NCBI GenBank assembly: GCA_022601345.1
Contig: JAJACU010000037.1
Span: 33,183-97,182, forward strand
Reading direction: 5' to 3'
Origin: Chlamydiota bacterium
GTDB taxonomy: Bacteria > Chlamydiota > Chlamydiia > Chlamydiales > JAAZZY01
Length of the DNA stretch: 64,000 nt
Shown here: positions 26,313-35,957 of the stretch, piece by piece
Layout: the number at the start of each line of letters is the position of its first letter
Numbering within the stretch: the stretch's first letter is position 1
The notes under the pieces: generated by a model
Databases searched by the model: none
What the model saw: only the letters and a program-made list of their open reading frames with translations
Told to the model about the DNA's origin: nothing
Position numbers and translations under genes: made by a program

Positions 26313-28779
26313 ACAAAACTAGTTTAGTCAAAAAGCAAATCGCAAACCATATAAAAATATAGATCCATGAGTAAATTACATATTTCCAACCAATACCTAA
26401 AAAGTCGGTAGTTCCTAATCCGTAAACAGAGATAATGGTTCCAATAACTAGAGATAAAGAAGTCGCTCCTATAAATTTCCAATGAGGCCAAGGATTACTC
26501 CAAAGCATTGTTTCGTTTCTCATTAGATAGATGGTTAAGTTGCCACCACATAAAATTCCCATAAACGCTAAAGTTTTTAAGTGCTCAAAATCTAGATGCC
26601 AGTAGTAGGATCCTATCCAAAAAAGACCAAATGTTGAGAGTACTCCAACAATTGCAAGACCTATTGAGATTGTGAAAACTTCATCCATACGCCATTGTAC
26701 AGGATCTTGTTTGACTTCCATGTTGTCATAAGCAATCGTCATGATGGGAATGTCGTTTAAAAGTGCTATTAGAATAATCATAATAGCAGACAAGGGATGC
26801 TCATTTAAAAAGAGCATGGAGAGTAATAAAAAAAGAAGCAACCGGCACGTTTCACTAATGCGATACATGGCATAACTTTTCATGCGCCCAAAGACTCGCC
26901 TAGACTCTTCTACTGCTCGAGTAATAGTCATAAGCCCAGATTCTGTTAAAACAAGGTCTGCTGCAGATCGAGCTGCATCAGATGCTCCACTAACAGCTAT
27001 GCCAACATCAGCTTGTTTTAGAGCTGGGGCATCGTTGACCCCATCACCTGTCATTCCTAGAATATATTTTTTGTCTTGTAATGCTTTAATGATTTTAAAT
27101 TTATGTTCAGGAAAGACTTGAGCAAAGCCATCAGCATTTTTAATTGCATCACAAAAGGCTTGATCTCCTTTCTCACTAATTTCAGAAATAGAAACGATAT
27201 TACTGCCTAAATCCAATTGTGATGATATTTGTTTGGCAATAGAGGCGTTGTCACCTGTGACCATATGGATTTCTACGCCAAGGTTTTTAAGATAGTCTAC
27301 AGTTTCTTTAGTATCTTCTCTTGGGGGATCAAAAAGAGGAATAATCCCAACAAACTGCCAGGTGTTTCCTTCAGAGTCACTTTTTGCAACGCCAATTGTT
27401 CTAAATCCTTTAGAAGAGCAATCGTCAATCGATTTTTGTATTTCTTCACGTTTATCCGTATCAGGTTTTACAAGATCTAAAATAACTTGAGTTGCCCCTT
27501 TGCAGACATGAAAGGAGTTGCCCTCTCTTGCTTTAACAATAGCTTCAGATGATTTACGTACAGGATCAAATGGGATAAACTTATCGCAGTTAAAATTTTT
27601 CAACTCTTCTTTCTTTTGGAGTTGATTTAAGATAGCTTTGTCAATTGAGTCTGGTAAATCCTGGTTGGAAGCTAAAGAGGCATACAGCAATACTTCTTGG
27701 TCGTCCTTAGCCTCATAGGGCATAACATTTCCAACCGTGAGCTCATTTTTAGTTAATGTTCCAGTTTTATCTGAGCAGAGAACGTTTAAGTTTGCAAGCT
27801 CTTCTATTGCGGTTAACTTTGACACAATAGCTTTAAGTTTAGCTAATTTATGTGCACCTATTGCCATTGTCACTGAAAGGACAGCTGGAAGAGCTACAGG
27901 TATGCCAGCTATAACTAATACCAAGATAAAAATGGCCATTTGTCCAAAAGTCTCATGAGTTGATTTTTCAATATCAACGCGATAGATAGAAGCTGCCAGA
28001 ATAATTGCGCAGATAATTAAGGTGACAGCAATAAGAAAGCGACCAATTTTTAGAACTGCTTCTTGAAAATGTGACTTAGTTTCTGCGTTATCTACAAGTT
28101 TTGCCGTTTTTCCAATAAAGGTATCCATGCCAGTTGCAATAACAATAGCATTCATCTCACCTTTTTTTGCAATAGTACTAGAATAGGCAACCTCTCCTAA
28201 TTTTTTATCAACAGGTAGAGATTCTCCAGTCAATGCAGACTGATCAACGGAGAGATATTCTCCTGAGAATAGCTTAATGTCAGCGGGTATAATATTGCCT
28301 AGTTTTACTGAAATGACATCTCCTGGAACCAAATGTTTAGCTTCTAGGTCTAACCATTTTCCATCTCTAAGAGTGCGAGATTTTAGGGCGAGTTTTTCTT
28401 TTAAAGCCGCAATTGCATTTCCAGCTTGATATTCTTGTATGAATCCAAGTGTTGCATTAATCAAAAGCATTGCCAAAATAATGATGAAATCGGGCCATCT
28501 TTCAAGTAGGGCAGAAAGAATAACAGCAATTTCGATCATCCAAGGAATGGGTCCCCAAAAGAAAGAAAGCAAAGTCATCCATTGGCTCTTTTTCTTCTGT
28601 TGGATTTCATTAAGACCTTCTTTGGAAAGCCTTTTTTCTGCTTCTTGTGTGCTAAGTCCTGTTTTAGCATCAGACTGAAACTTTTTAAAAAGCTCTTCAG
28701 TTGAGAGCTTTTCAAGTTCACTGTGTACATCATTCATAATTTTAAATTTCTTTTTTTCTCTTTTTAGGAGATCGAGCAA
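26242..28779 (-). CDS. P-type ATPase, P3A (plasma-membrane H+-ATPase)-like
   Basis: TGES (LTGESLPV), CSDKTGTLT, MVTGDN, GDGVNDAPALKQADVGIAV. No CPC or HMA metal motifs. The N-terminal GLSTQEAEKRLSKEGLNEI..FFWGPIPWMIE resembles plant AHA / fungal PMA1. Confidence 0.8.
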   Translation of the reverse strand: MLDLLKREKKKFKIMNDVHSELEKLSTEELFKKFQSDAKTGLSTQEAEKRLSKEGLNEIQQKKKSQWMTLLSFFWGPIPWMIEIAVILSALLERWPDFIIILAMLLINATLGFIQEYQAGNAIAALKEKLALKSRTLRDGKWLDLEAKHLVPGDVISVKLGNIIPADIKLFSGEYLSVDQSALTGESLPVDKKLGEVAYSSTIAKKGEMNAIVIATGMDTFIGKTAKLVDNAETKSHFQEAVLKIGRFLIAVTLIICAIILAASIYRVDIEKSTHETFGQMAIFILVLVIAGIPVALPAVLSVTMAIGAHKLAKLKAIVSKLTAIEELANLNVLCSDKTGTLTKNELTVGNVMPYEAKDDQEVLLYASLASNQDLPDSIDKAILNQLQKKEELKNFNCDKFIPFDPVRKSSEAIVKAREGNSFHVCKGATQVILDLVKPDTDKREEIQKSIDDCSSKGFRTIGVAKSDSEGNTWQFVGIIPLFDPPREDTKETVDYLKNLGVEIHMVTGDNASIAKQISSQLDLGSNIVSISEISEKGDQAFCDAIKNADGFAQVFPEHKFKIIKALQDKKYILGMTGDGVNDAPALKQADVGIAVSGASDAARSAADLVLTESGLMTITRAVEESRRVFGRMKSYAMYRISETCRLLLFLLLSMLFLNEHPLSAIMIILIALLNDIPIMTIAYDNMEVKQDPVQWRMDEVFTISIGLAIVGVLSTFGLFWIGSYYWHLDFEHLKTLAFMGILCGGNLTIYLMRNETMLWSNPWPHWKFIGATSLSLVIGTIISVYGLGTTDFLGIGWKYVIYSWIYIFIWFAICFLTKLVLYAIFGFNKKREPHARDNRQQKTS

Positions 28780-28934
28780 TGATGGTCAATTTAAAAAATA
28801 AAGTTTTTTATGATCATTCTAGGAGTAAATATTTTAATTTTAGAAAGAAAATAAGAGCAGCAGCAGATGCTGGTTTTTAATAAGACTTGTAAAAAACTGA
28901 ATAAGAAGAGTATGATTTCCAATCATTTTCTTAC

Positions 28935-29021
28935 GGAAAGATGGCTGAGTGGCCGAAGGCACGTCCCTGCTAAGGACGCGTACTCGTAAGGGTACCGAGG
29001 GTTCGAATCCCTCTCTTTCCG
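28935..29021 (+). tRNA. tRNA-Ser (anticodon GCT)
   Basis: GGAAAGA acceptor pairs with TCTTTCC. Anticodon arm CGTCC-CTGCTAA-GGACG. Long variable arm. T-arm GAGGGTTCGAATCCCTC. CCA is not encoded. Confidence 0.9.
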
Positions 29022-29084
29022 ATCTTTTATCACAAAGTTTCTTACTTTATAGATGAGCTATACTCGATCAATTTCAATGTTTAT

Positions 29085-29927
29085 CTATAAAATTGCATGT
29101 AAGTTGCTAATTTGAAGTCCTGTTAGAGCATTCCAGTAAGTGGTAAGAAGAGAGCCATCTGGATTTTTTACATCTATTTTATATACAGGAAGATATATTT
29201 CAGTCGATTTCTTAATAGTAAAGTCGGCCCCAAATGCTAGGTAAGCTACTTTTTCGACTTGGCGCATTGTGTATCTGCGCGGTCGTTGTTTAACGTTTTT
29301 GATTGTCTGAGTAACTAAATGATGGTCCAGGGTAGTTTCTGGTCGAATAGCAATCCTGGGTTTTTCAAGGTGTAGGCGAAAACCATTTCCACTTTGGACT
29401 ACAATTTTCTTTTTTCTGCAGCTCTCAAGCCATCGATCAAGAACCTCATTTTCAATGCGAATTCTATCTGAGAGGTCTTTTCTTGAGAGTTGCCCTCCAT
29501 TGAAGGCTAGAGCGTTAATAACTTTAAAGTCGTTGTGATCAACTCTTGCTGTGATACAGTCCTCAAATCCATGCGTTTTTTGCCAAGTTGTTGTTGAAAT
29601 TACAAATTCTGCATCATCTAAGTCCCACAAAATAACACCTTCAGATGTAGTGTTATTATTTTTGCTATACTTTACCTCCATCAGCATATAGGGGTAAAAA
29701 TGAAGCTCAGGAGTCGAATATTTATGAAATTCATCTTTGAGAAGCGTCTCTTTGTTGTTTTCCATAATGCTATTGGCACTATAGCGAACTTCCAAAGTAG
29801 CAAAGCTCTTTGAATCTACATATTGAGAAATATATTCATCGACTGTGTCTTTATGGAGAGTGTAGTAATAGTACCCACCTCCTGCTAAAGCTAAAAATAA
29901 AAAGCCGGAAATTAATTTTTTAAGCAT
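29085..29927 (-). CDS. Hypothetical membrane-anchored protein
   Basis: N-terminal TM LISGFLFLALAGGGYYYY. Last gene of the polA-coaE-rho string. Confidence 0.6.
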   Translation of the reverse strand: MLKKLISGFLFLALAGGGYYYYTLHKDTVDEYISQYVDSKSFATLEVRYSANSIMENNKETLLKDEFHKYSTPELHFYPYMLMEVKYSKNNNTTSEGVILWDLDDAEFVISTTTWQKTHGFEDCITARVDHNDFKVINALAFNGGQLSRKDLSDRIRIENEVLDRWLESCRKKKIVVQSGNGFRLHLEKPRIAIRPETTLDHHLVTQTIKNVKQRPRRYTMRQVEKVAYLAFGADFTIKKSTEIYLPVYKIDVKNPDGSLLTTYWNALTGLQISNLHAIL

Positions 29928-29968
29928 TCATCCATGATTATTAACTGTTTTATTTCTTAATATAACAG

Positions 29969-31516
29969 TTAGTCTTTCATGGAAAGTAAAAATTCAGCGT
30001 TACTATTAGTTTTCTTTAATCGGTTAATTAAAAGGTTCATTGCGTCAACAGGGGTTAAGTCTGCTGTGCTTTTTCTAAGAACGTAAACTTTCTCAAGCTC
30101 GCCAGGATGGTAAAGAAGTTCTTCTTTTCTCGTACCGCTCTTAACAATGTCAATTGCTGGATAAATGCGACGATCAGAAAGTCGACGATCTAACACAAGT
30201 TCCATATTACCAGTACCTTTAAATTCTTCAAAGATAACCTCATCCATACGAGAACCAGTATCGATAAGTGCTGTAGCAATAATTGTTAAAGAACCACCAT
30301 GCTCAATGTTTCTTGCAGCTCCAAAGAATCTCTTCGGTTTATGTAAAGCATTCGCATCAACACCTCCTGAAAGAATTTTTCCTGAGTGTGGCTCTACTGT
30401 GTTGTATGCACGCGCTAAACGGGTGATAGAATCTAGTAAAATAACAACATCATGGCCATATTCTACAAGTCTGCGTGCTTTTTCAAGGACCATTTCTGCT
30501 ACTTGGACATGGCGCTCTGGTGGCTCATCAAATGTAGATGCAACAACTTCACCTGATTTAACGTGTCTGGCCATATCAGTGACCTCTTCTGGGCGCTCAC
30601 CCACAAGAAGAACTAAAATTTTCACTTTTGGATTATTTTTTGCAATGGAGTTGATTATCTTTTCCATAATCACTGTTTTACCTGTGCGAGGAGGAGCAAC
30701 TATTAAAGCACGTTGCCCCATCCCAATGGGGGCGGCTAAGTCAAGGACACGCGTTGTAACATTCTCTTTGCTTGTCTCCATAACCAGTCTCTCTTCAGGA
30801 TAGAGTGGGGTAAGGTTTTCAAATCGAACTCTCTCTTTGGCTTTCTCAGGTGGAGTATTGTTAATTTGATCAACTTTTAATAAGGCAAAATACTTTTCTT
30901 TATCTTTTGGTGCGCGAATAGAGCCATAAACACTATCTCCCTTTTTCAGCTCAAATCTTCTAATTTGCGCTGGAGAGACGTAAATATCTTCAGCTGAAGG
31001 TAAGTAGTTGTAAGCAGGTGAGCGCAAAAAGCCAAAACCATCTGGCAGGACTTCTAAAACTCCTTCGCCATAAAGAATTTCTTTAAATTTATCAGATTTA
31101 TATTTAACTATTTCAAAGACTACTTGAGATTTTGACAAAGCTCCAAGATTTTTGATTCCAAACCCTTTTGCGTAACGATTTAATTCTTCAACATTCATAC
31201 GTTGGAGTTCTGAAACCTTGGTAATTGCAGCATGTTCTTTTAAGTGTTCTGCTCTATGCTGTTCGTAATTTTTCTCTTGAGCACGTTCTTTTTTTGGCTC
31301 CTTAGCTTTTTCATTGTCATTTTGAGAGCTGCTTAGTTTTTCACTAAGGTTGCTTACAGCTGGAGGTTTCGGTTGCTTGATGGGAGGGCGTTTGGGTCGG
31401 TGTGGAGGCTTGACAGGCAGGGTAGGTTTATCTGAATTTATTGCTACTGGAGCTTTAGCACTCTCAGTTTTTTCTAAATCAGGTTTTTCTTTTGAGGGAT
31501 TGCCTTCTTCGTTCAT
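29969..31516 (-). CDS. rho: Transcription termination factor Rho with a ~98-aa basic/proline-rich N-terminal extension
   Basis: [15 protein letters not shown], Walker [11 protein letters not shown], and a conserved C-terminus. The canonical N-terminus begins near residue 100. Confidence 0.95.
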   Translation of the reverse strand: MNEEGNPSKEKPDLEKTESAKAPVAINSDKPTLPVKPPHRPKRPPIKQPKPPAVSNLSEKLSSSQNDNEKAKEPKKERAQEKNYEQHRAEHLKEHAAITKVSELQRMNVEELNRYAKGFGIKNLGALSKSQVVFEIVKYKSDKFKEILYGEGVLEVLPDGFGFLRSPAYNYLPSAEDIYVSPAQIRRFELKKGDSVYGSIRAPKDKEKYFALLKVDQINNTPPEKAKERVRFENLTPLYPEERLVMETSKENVTTRVLDLAAPIGMGQRALIVAPPRTGKTVIMEKIINSIAKNNPKVKILVLLVGERPEEVTDMARHVKSGEVVASTFDEPPERHVQVAEMVLEKARRLVEYGHDVVILLDSITRLARAYNTVEPHSGKILSGGVDANALHKPKRFFGAARNIEHGGSLTIIATALIDTGSRMDEVIFEEFKGTGNMELVLDRRLSDRRIYPAIDIVKSGTRKEELLYHPGELEKVYVLRKSTADLTPVDAMNLLINRLKKTNSNAEFLLSMKD

Positions 31517-31558
31517 AACACTAATGTCTCTTGTAATATTTGGGTTAATAAATGAATC

Positions 31559-32167
31559 CTACTGGATGATTTGTGAATATACTTCATTAAATTTTTCTTT
31601 GAGCTCTTCTAAATTGCCATTGTTATATAGGACAAAATCAGCTCGTTTGGCCTTTTCTTCATGAGTAAGTTGCCTACTTGATCTTAGTTGATAATCTTTA
31701 GCTACCAAAGGGTTCTTATGGGAATACCGTTGCTGACAAATTTGAGGGCTACTTACTACAGCTAATGTAGCGTCATAAAAGTTGTCAGATTGGGTTTCAA
31801 ACAAAAGAGGTATTTCAACCACAAACATGGACCATTTTTTTTCTTTAGAAACTTCCTTAAATATTCTTTCTATTTCTTCTCGAACTAACGGATGAAGAAT
31901 TTTTTCTAGGCGATCCAATTTTTCAGGATCTTTGAATACTATTTGAGCTATTTCTCGACGAATAATTTTTCCTTCTACAAGGACTTGAGAGCCAAGAAGC
32001 TGAATGATTTGCAATTGAACACTGGGGATTTCAAATAATTGATGAACAATAGCGTCAGTGTCTAAGACATATGCATCTCGGTCTCTAAACAAGCTTCCAA
32101 CGGTACTTTTCCCTGATGACAGGCCGCCTGTAATAGCTACTTTCTTTAAAGCTAACATTCTTTCCAA
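31559..32167 (-). CDS. coaE: Dephospho-CoA kinase
   Basis: VAITGGLSSGKSTV P-loop. ~200 aa. The likely true start is the MLALKK ATG at 32158. Confidence 0.9.
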   Translation of the reverse strand: MERMLALKKVAITGGLSSGKSTVGSLFRDRDAYVLDTDAIVHQLFEIPSVQLQIIQLLGSQVLVEGKIIRREIAQIVFKDPEKLDRLEKILHPLVREEIERIFKEVSKEKKWSMFVVEIPLLFETQSDNFYDATLAVVSSPQICQQRYSHKNPLVAKDYQLRSSRQLTHEEKAKRADFVLYNNGNLEELKEKFNEVYSQIIQ

Positions 32168-34815
32168 TTTTTGCCAATCTTTATATCAATTGTTAGAGGA
32201 ACTTTTAATGGAATTATATTTTCCATTATTTTTTTTACATTATATGTTACATCTTCAATCTCAGAGTCTTCAACTTCAAAAAGTAATTCGTCATGAATTT
32301 GAAGGATCATAAAACTATTTTTATTCGTATCTTTCAAATATTGATTAATCTTAGCCATTGCTATCTTAATAATATCTGCATTGCTTCCTTGAAAAGGGGA
32401 GTTTACAGCCAGTCGCTCTGCAGCCTGTTTTAAAAGTTTATTTTTACTATTGATTTCATGAAGTGGGCGTTTTCTACCAAAAAGTGTTTCAGTGTAGCAT
32501 TTTTCAGCAGCCTCTTGTTTACAACTTTCAATATAGTCAGAGACTTTAGGGTACTCTTTAAAATAGGCTTCAATAAATTCTTTTGCTTGTCCAACGCTTA
32601 TTTTGAGTTGTTTTGAAAGGCCAAAAGATTGTTGCCCATAAATAATGCCAAAGTTAACTGCTTTAGCTAGTGATCGGTGTTCTTTCGTGACTTCGTTGAT
32701 TGGAAGGTTAAAGATTTTGGCGGCAGTTGAAGTGTGAACATCTCCTTTACTGATGAAGGTCTCAATCAGGTGTGGATCTTGGCTGTAGTGCGCTAATAAA
32801 CGTAGCTCAATTTGTGAGTAATCAGCAGACAAAAAAGACCAACCTTTTTTTTGCGGTTTAAAGGCTTTGCGGATTTCTCTACCTTGCTCAGTTCGAATAG
32901 GGATATTTTGTAAGTTAGGGTCTTGGCATGAGAGTCTACCCGTAGCTGCAATAGTTTGGTTAAAGCTGCAGTGCACGCGCTGCGTTTGATCAAACGGCTC
33001 GTTGACAAGAGATTCTACGTAAGTAGAACGTAATTTTTCTAAAGTTCTAAATTCAAGAATTTTTTCAATAATTGGGTGGGCTTGTTCAATCATCTCAAGA
33101 GCTTCAGCACTTGTAGAATATCCAGTTTTAGTTTTTTTTGTAGTAGGGATTTCTAATTTTTGAAATAAAATTTCTCCGAGTTGTTTAGGAGATTTTAAGT
33201 TAAATGTTTCTCCAGCCATTGCAAAAGTAGCTTGCTCGAGGTTCTCAAGTTTCTCGTTTAATGACTTTTTTAAAACTTTTAGTTCTTCAACATCAACATA
33301 AATCCCACAACGTTCCATGTTCAGTAGAACTGGAATAAGAGGAAGCTCAATTTCTTGGTATACTTTGAGCAGATTATGATCTTTTATTTTTTCTTTTAGA
33401 AGGTTGTTGAGTTTGATGGTCATCAAAACATCTTCGCCACAATATTGAGCAACTTTTTCGATCTCAATATCAGACATGCTCTTTTGGTTTTTACCTGTTC
33501 CAATCAAATCTTTAATAGGAATTTTCTGAAAGTTGAAGTATTCTAGAGATAAGTTATCTAGTGAGTGTTGTCGGATATTTGGGGTAAGTAGATATGATTG
33601 CAAAATTGTATCATCTGAGATAGTTTTTAATTCAATGCCCAGATTGAGCAAAATATGCATGTCATATTTAATGTGGTGCGCATAAAACCCAATATCTGAA
33701 TTTTCAAAGAGTGGTTTTAGTTTGCGAACTAACTCACTTTTCTCGATACGATCATTGAAGGGGATATACCAAATTTTATCTTCTCTATATCCAATACCTA
33801 AGCCCACAATTTGAGCCGAGATTGGGGCTAAATGCGATGTCTCTGTATCAAAGCAAATTGTCTTTTGCTTTGAGAGTTCTTCAATGAGGTCATCGAGTTG
33901 GCTTGAATCATTAATAATTGGAATAGACATTCTTTCAACGCACGGAGTCTCTTCGAGAACCTCTTGTTGAAATTCTTTAAGGAGAGACTTGAAATTCATA
34001 TCTTCAAAGAAAACTGCAAGTTTATTCTTTTCAGGTAAACTAAGGCTGTAAAAATCAAGCTCTTTAGGAAACTCAACATCTAAGTCTAAAGTCACAAGTC
34101 TGCGGCTTAAATCAAGTTGGTCTAAGTGGTTTAGAAAAGTTTCTCTTTTCTTCCCAGTTAGGTATTTGTCGGGGTTTGCAATCAACTCATCTAAAGTCTC
34201 TGCTTGAACGAGTAAATTTTGTGCTGTTTTAGGACCAAACCCTTTGACACCCGGAACATTATCGGAGGCGTCTCCTACGATGGTTAGATAATCACGTATT
34301 TGGGAAGGCCAAACACCGTAATGTTCTTTAACTTCATCAGCTTGGTAGATGAGGTTGTTTTTGTTGGTATTTACGATGCTAATATTGTCACGAACTAATT
34401 GAAAAAGGTCTTTATCACTGCTGCAAATGAAGGCTTGGTGGTTATTTTGATCTGCCCAAAGAGCAATTGCTGCCATTACATCATCTGCTTCAACGTTTGG
34501 AACCCGCAGTCTTGGGATGTTAGCTATCTCACAAAACTCATAGGCCCACTCTAACTGATGAGGTAAGTCTTCAGGTGGATGCTGGCGATTAGCTTTATAT
34601 TCAGGGTAGATTGCGGATCTTTTTTTCGTATTATTTGGACCATCAAATACTGCGACTAAATGGGTCGGTTCAAAATCTTTAATGATTTTTAAAATTGCGC
34701 GAATGAACCCATAGAGAGCGTTAGTTGATTCTCCAGTTGGTCTATTGAGGTGGCGGATCGCGTAATACGATCTAAAAAGATATCCTAAAGAATCCAGGAT
34801 AAATATTTTCTTCAT
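32152..34815 (-). CDS. polA: DNA polymerase I
   Basis: 5'-nuclease N-terminus, 3'-5' exo region, polymerase motifs ADYSQIELRLLAH and QIHDELLFEV. Confidence 0.97.
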   Translation of the reverse strand: MKKIFILDSLGYLFRSYYAIRHLNRPTGESTNALYGFIRAILKIIKDFEPTHLVAVFDGPNNTKKRSAIYPEYKANRQHPPEDLPHQLEWAYEFCEIANIPRLRVPNVEADDVMAAIALWADQNNHQAFICSSDKDLFQLVRDNISIVNTNKNNLIYQADEVKEHYGVWPSQIRDYLTIVGDASDNVPGVKGFGPKTAQNLLVQAETLDELIANPDKYLTGKKRETFLNHLDQLDLSRRLVTLDLDVEFPKELDFYSLSLPEKNKLAVFFEDMNFKSLLKEFQQEVLEETPCVERMSIPIINDSSQLDDLIEELSKQKTICFDTETSHLAPISAQIVGLGIGYREDKIWYIPFNDRIEKSELVRKLKPLFENSDIGFYAHHIKYDMHILLNLGIELKTISDDTILQSYLLTPNIRQHSLDNLSLEYFNFQKIPIKDLIGTGKNQKSMSDIEIEKVAQYCGEDVLMTIKLNNLLKEKIKDHNLLKVYQEIELPLIPVLLNMERCGIYVDVEELKVLKKSLNEKLENLEQATFAMAGETFNLKSPKQLGEILFQKLEIPTTKKTKTGYSTSAEALEMIEQAHPIIEKILEFRTLEKLRSTYVESLVNEPFDQTQRVHCSFNQTIAATGRLSCQDPNLQNIPIRTEQGREIRKAFKPQKKGWSFLSADYSQIELRLLAHYSQDPHLIETFISKGDVHTSTAAKIFNLPINEVTKEHRSLAKAVNFGIIYGQQSFGLSKQLKISVGQAKEFIEAYFKEYPKVSDYIESCKQEAAEKCYTETLFGRKRPLHEINSKNKLLKQAAERLAVNSPFQGSNADIIKIAMAKINQYLKDTNKNSFMILQIHDELLFEVEDSEIEDVTYNVKKIMENIIPLKVPLTIDIKIGKNWKEC

Positions 34816-34816
34816 A

Positions 34817-35884
34817 CTACTGATTGTAGGATGGAAGATATATATTCATCAACTCTTCTTTGTTTGGGCTCATAAACATTAAGATGTTTTTCTTTAACCA
34901 ATTCAAAGAGCCTTGGCTTTCAATAAGTTTATTATTCATAGCAAGTAAGTCTGAGAGGTGAAACTTTGGTTGAAGTTGAACGATTTGAAAGTTATTGTCT
35001 GCAATATCAGCAGCTTTGGCAAGCATCTGAACAGTCTCGTCGTATTGGTAACCTGCACCATCAATATAACCATATTCTTCAGCATCTGTCGAATAATACA
35101 TTTGAGCGCCATATTTGTTTCTTAGCAGTGATTCTGTAAGTTTGGGTCTAGCAGTTGAAACAACTGAAAGAAACTGATCATAACTTAAACTAATTCTTCG
35201 AGTGTATGACTCAGGAGTTGTTTCAGCCCAGGGTTTAAAAGGATTCATTGAATCCTTATTTGCTCCTGCAGATAGCGTTTTGTTTTGAACGCCAACTTTT
35301 TGCATACCTTCTGAATAGTTGAAGTACATGGCAATTACACCTACAGAACCGATAGAGCTAGTTTCACTGGAGTAAATTTTTTCTGCTGCACAGGCAATAT
35401 ACATGCCACCTGATGCGCATAACCCTTCTACATAGGCGTAGATGGGCACTTGGTATTTTAAGGCATAGTCTTTGAGCGCATAGTACATGGACTCTGAATC
35501 TATAGCTGACCCTCCTGGAGTGTTAATATAGAGTAAAATTCCTTTAACAGGGTGGCTTTTAAAAGGTCCAGAGCGAGATTCATTTAAAAGGGAGCGCAGA
35601 GCCCCAGTATTCAAATTAGGATGGCCAATTTGCCCCGTAATGTTGATTCGAAGTAAAAGAGGTTGATTCGAATCAAAAATATATTTTCGCCCATTTGTAT
35701 CAGGTACAATTGCTTCATACATGGATGCTTCCGTGGCTTTCGAACTTTTTCCAGCACCAAAAACAAGCAAAACGAGAAAAAAGGCTACAATAATTCCAAT
35801 TACAGCAAAAAAGGAAATGCAAAACGAACGAACTGTTGAACTAAATAAAGACTCTTTTACTAACTTCATATGTGGTAATCCCAA
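34817..35884 (-). CDS. sppA: Signal peptide peptidase SppA (36K type) / SohB, S49 family
   Basis: N-terminal TM. LCASGGMYIACAA serine-nucleophile region. S49 length. Confidence 0.85.
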   Translation of the reverse strand: MGLPHMKLVKESLFSSTVRSFCISFFAVIGIIVAFFLVLLVFGAGKSSKATEASMYEAIVPDTNGRKYIFDSNQPLLLRINITGQIGHPNLNTGALRSLLNESRSGPFKSHPVKGILLYINTPGGSAIDSESMYYALKDYALKYQVPIYAYVEGLCASGGMYIACAAEKIYSSETSSIGSVGVIAMYFNYSEGMQKVGVQNKTLSAGANKDSMNPFKPWAETTPESYTRRISLSYDQFLSVVSTARPKLTESLLRNKYGAQMYYSTDAEEYGYIDGAGYQYDETVQMLAKAADIADNNFQIVQLQPKFHLSDLLAMNNKLIESQGSLNWLKKNILMFMSPNKEELMNIYLPSYNQ

Positions 35885-35957
35885 GTGTACAAATAAACTT
35901 TGCTAGTGTATGCTACTTATAATATTTTTAATCAATGAAAATAAATTTTTTACTACT

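Noticed and set aside
30165-30803. 212-aa plus-strand ORF inside rho
   Set aside because: It lies entirely antisense to a strongly conserved gene and its translation is Ser/Arg/Thr-rich and low-complexity. This is a typical shadow ORF.
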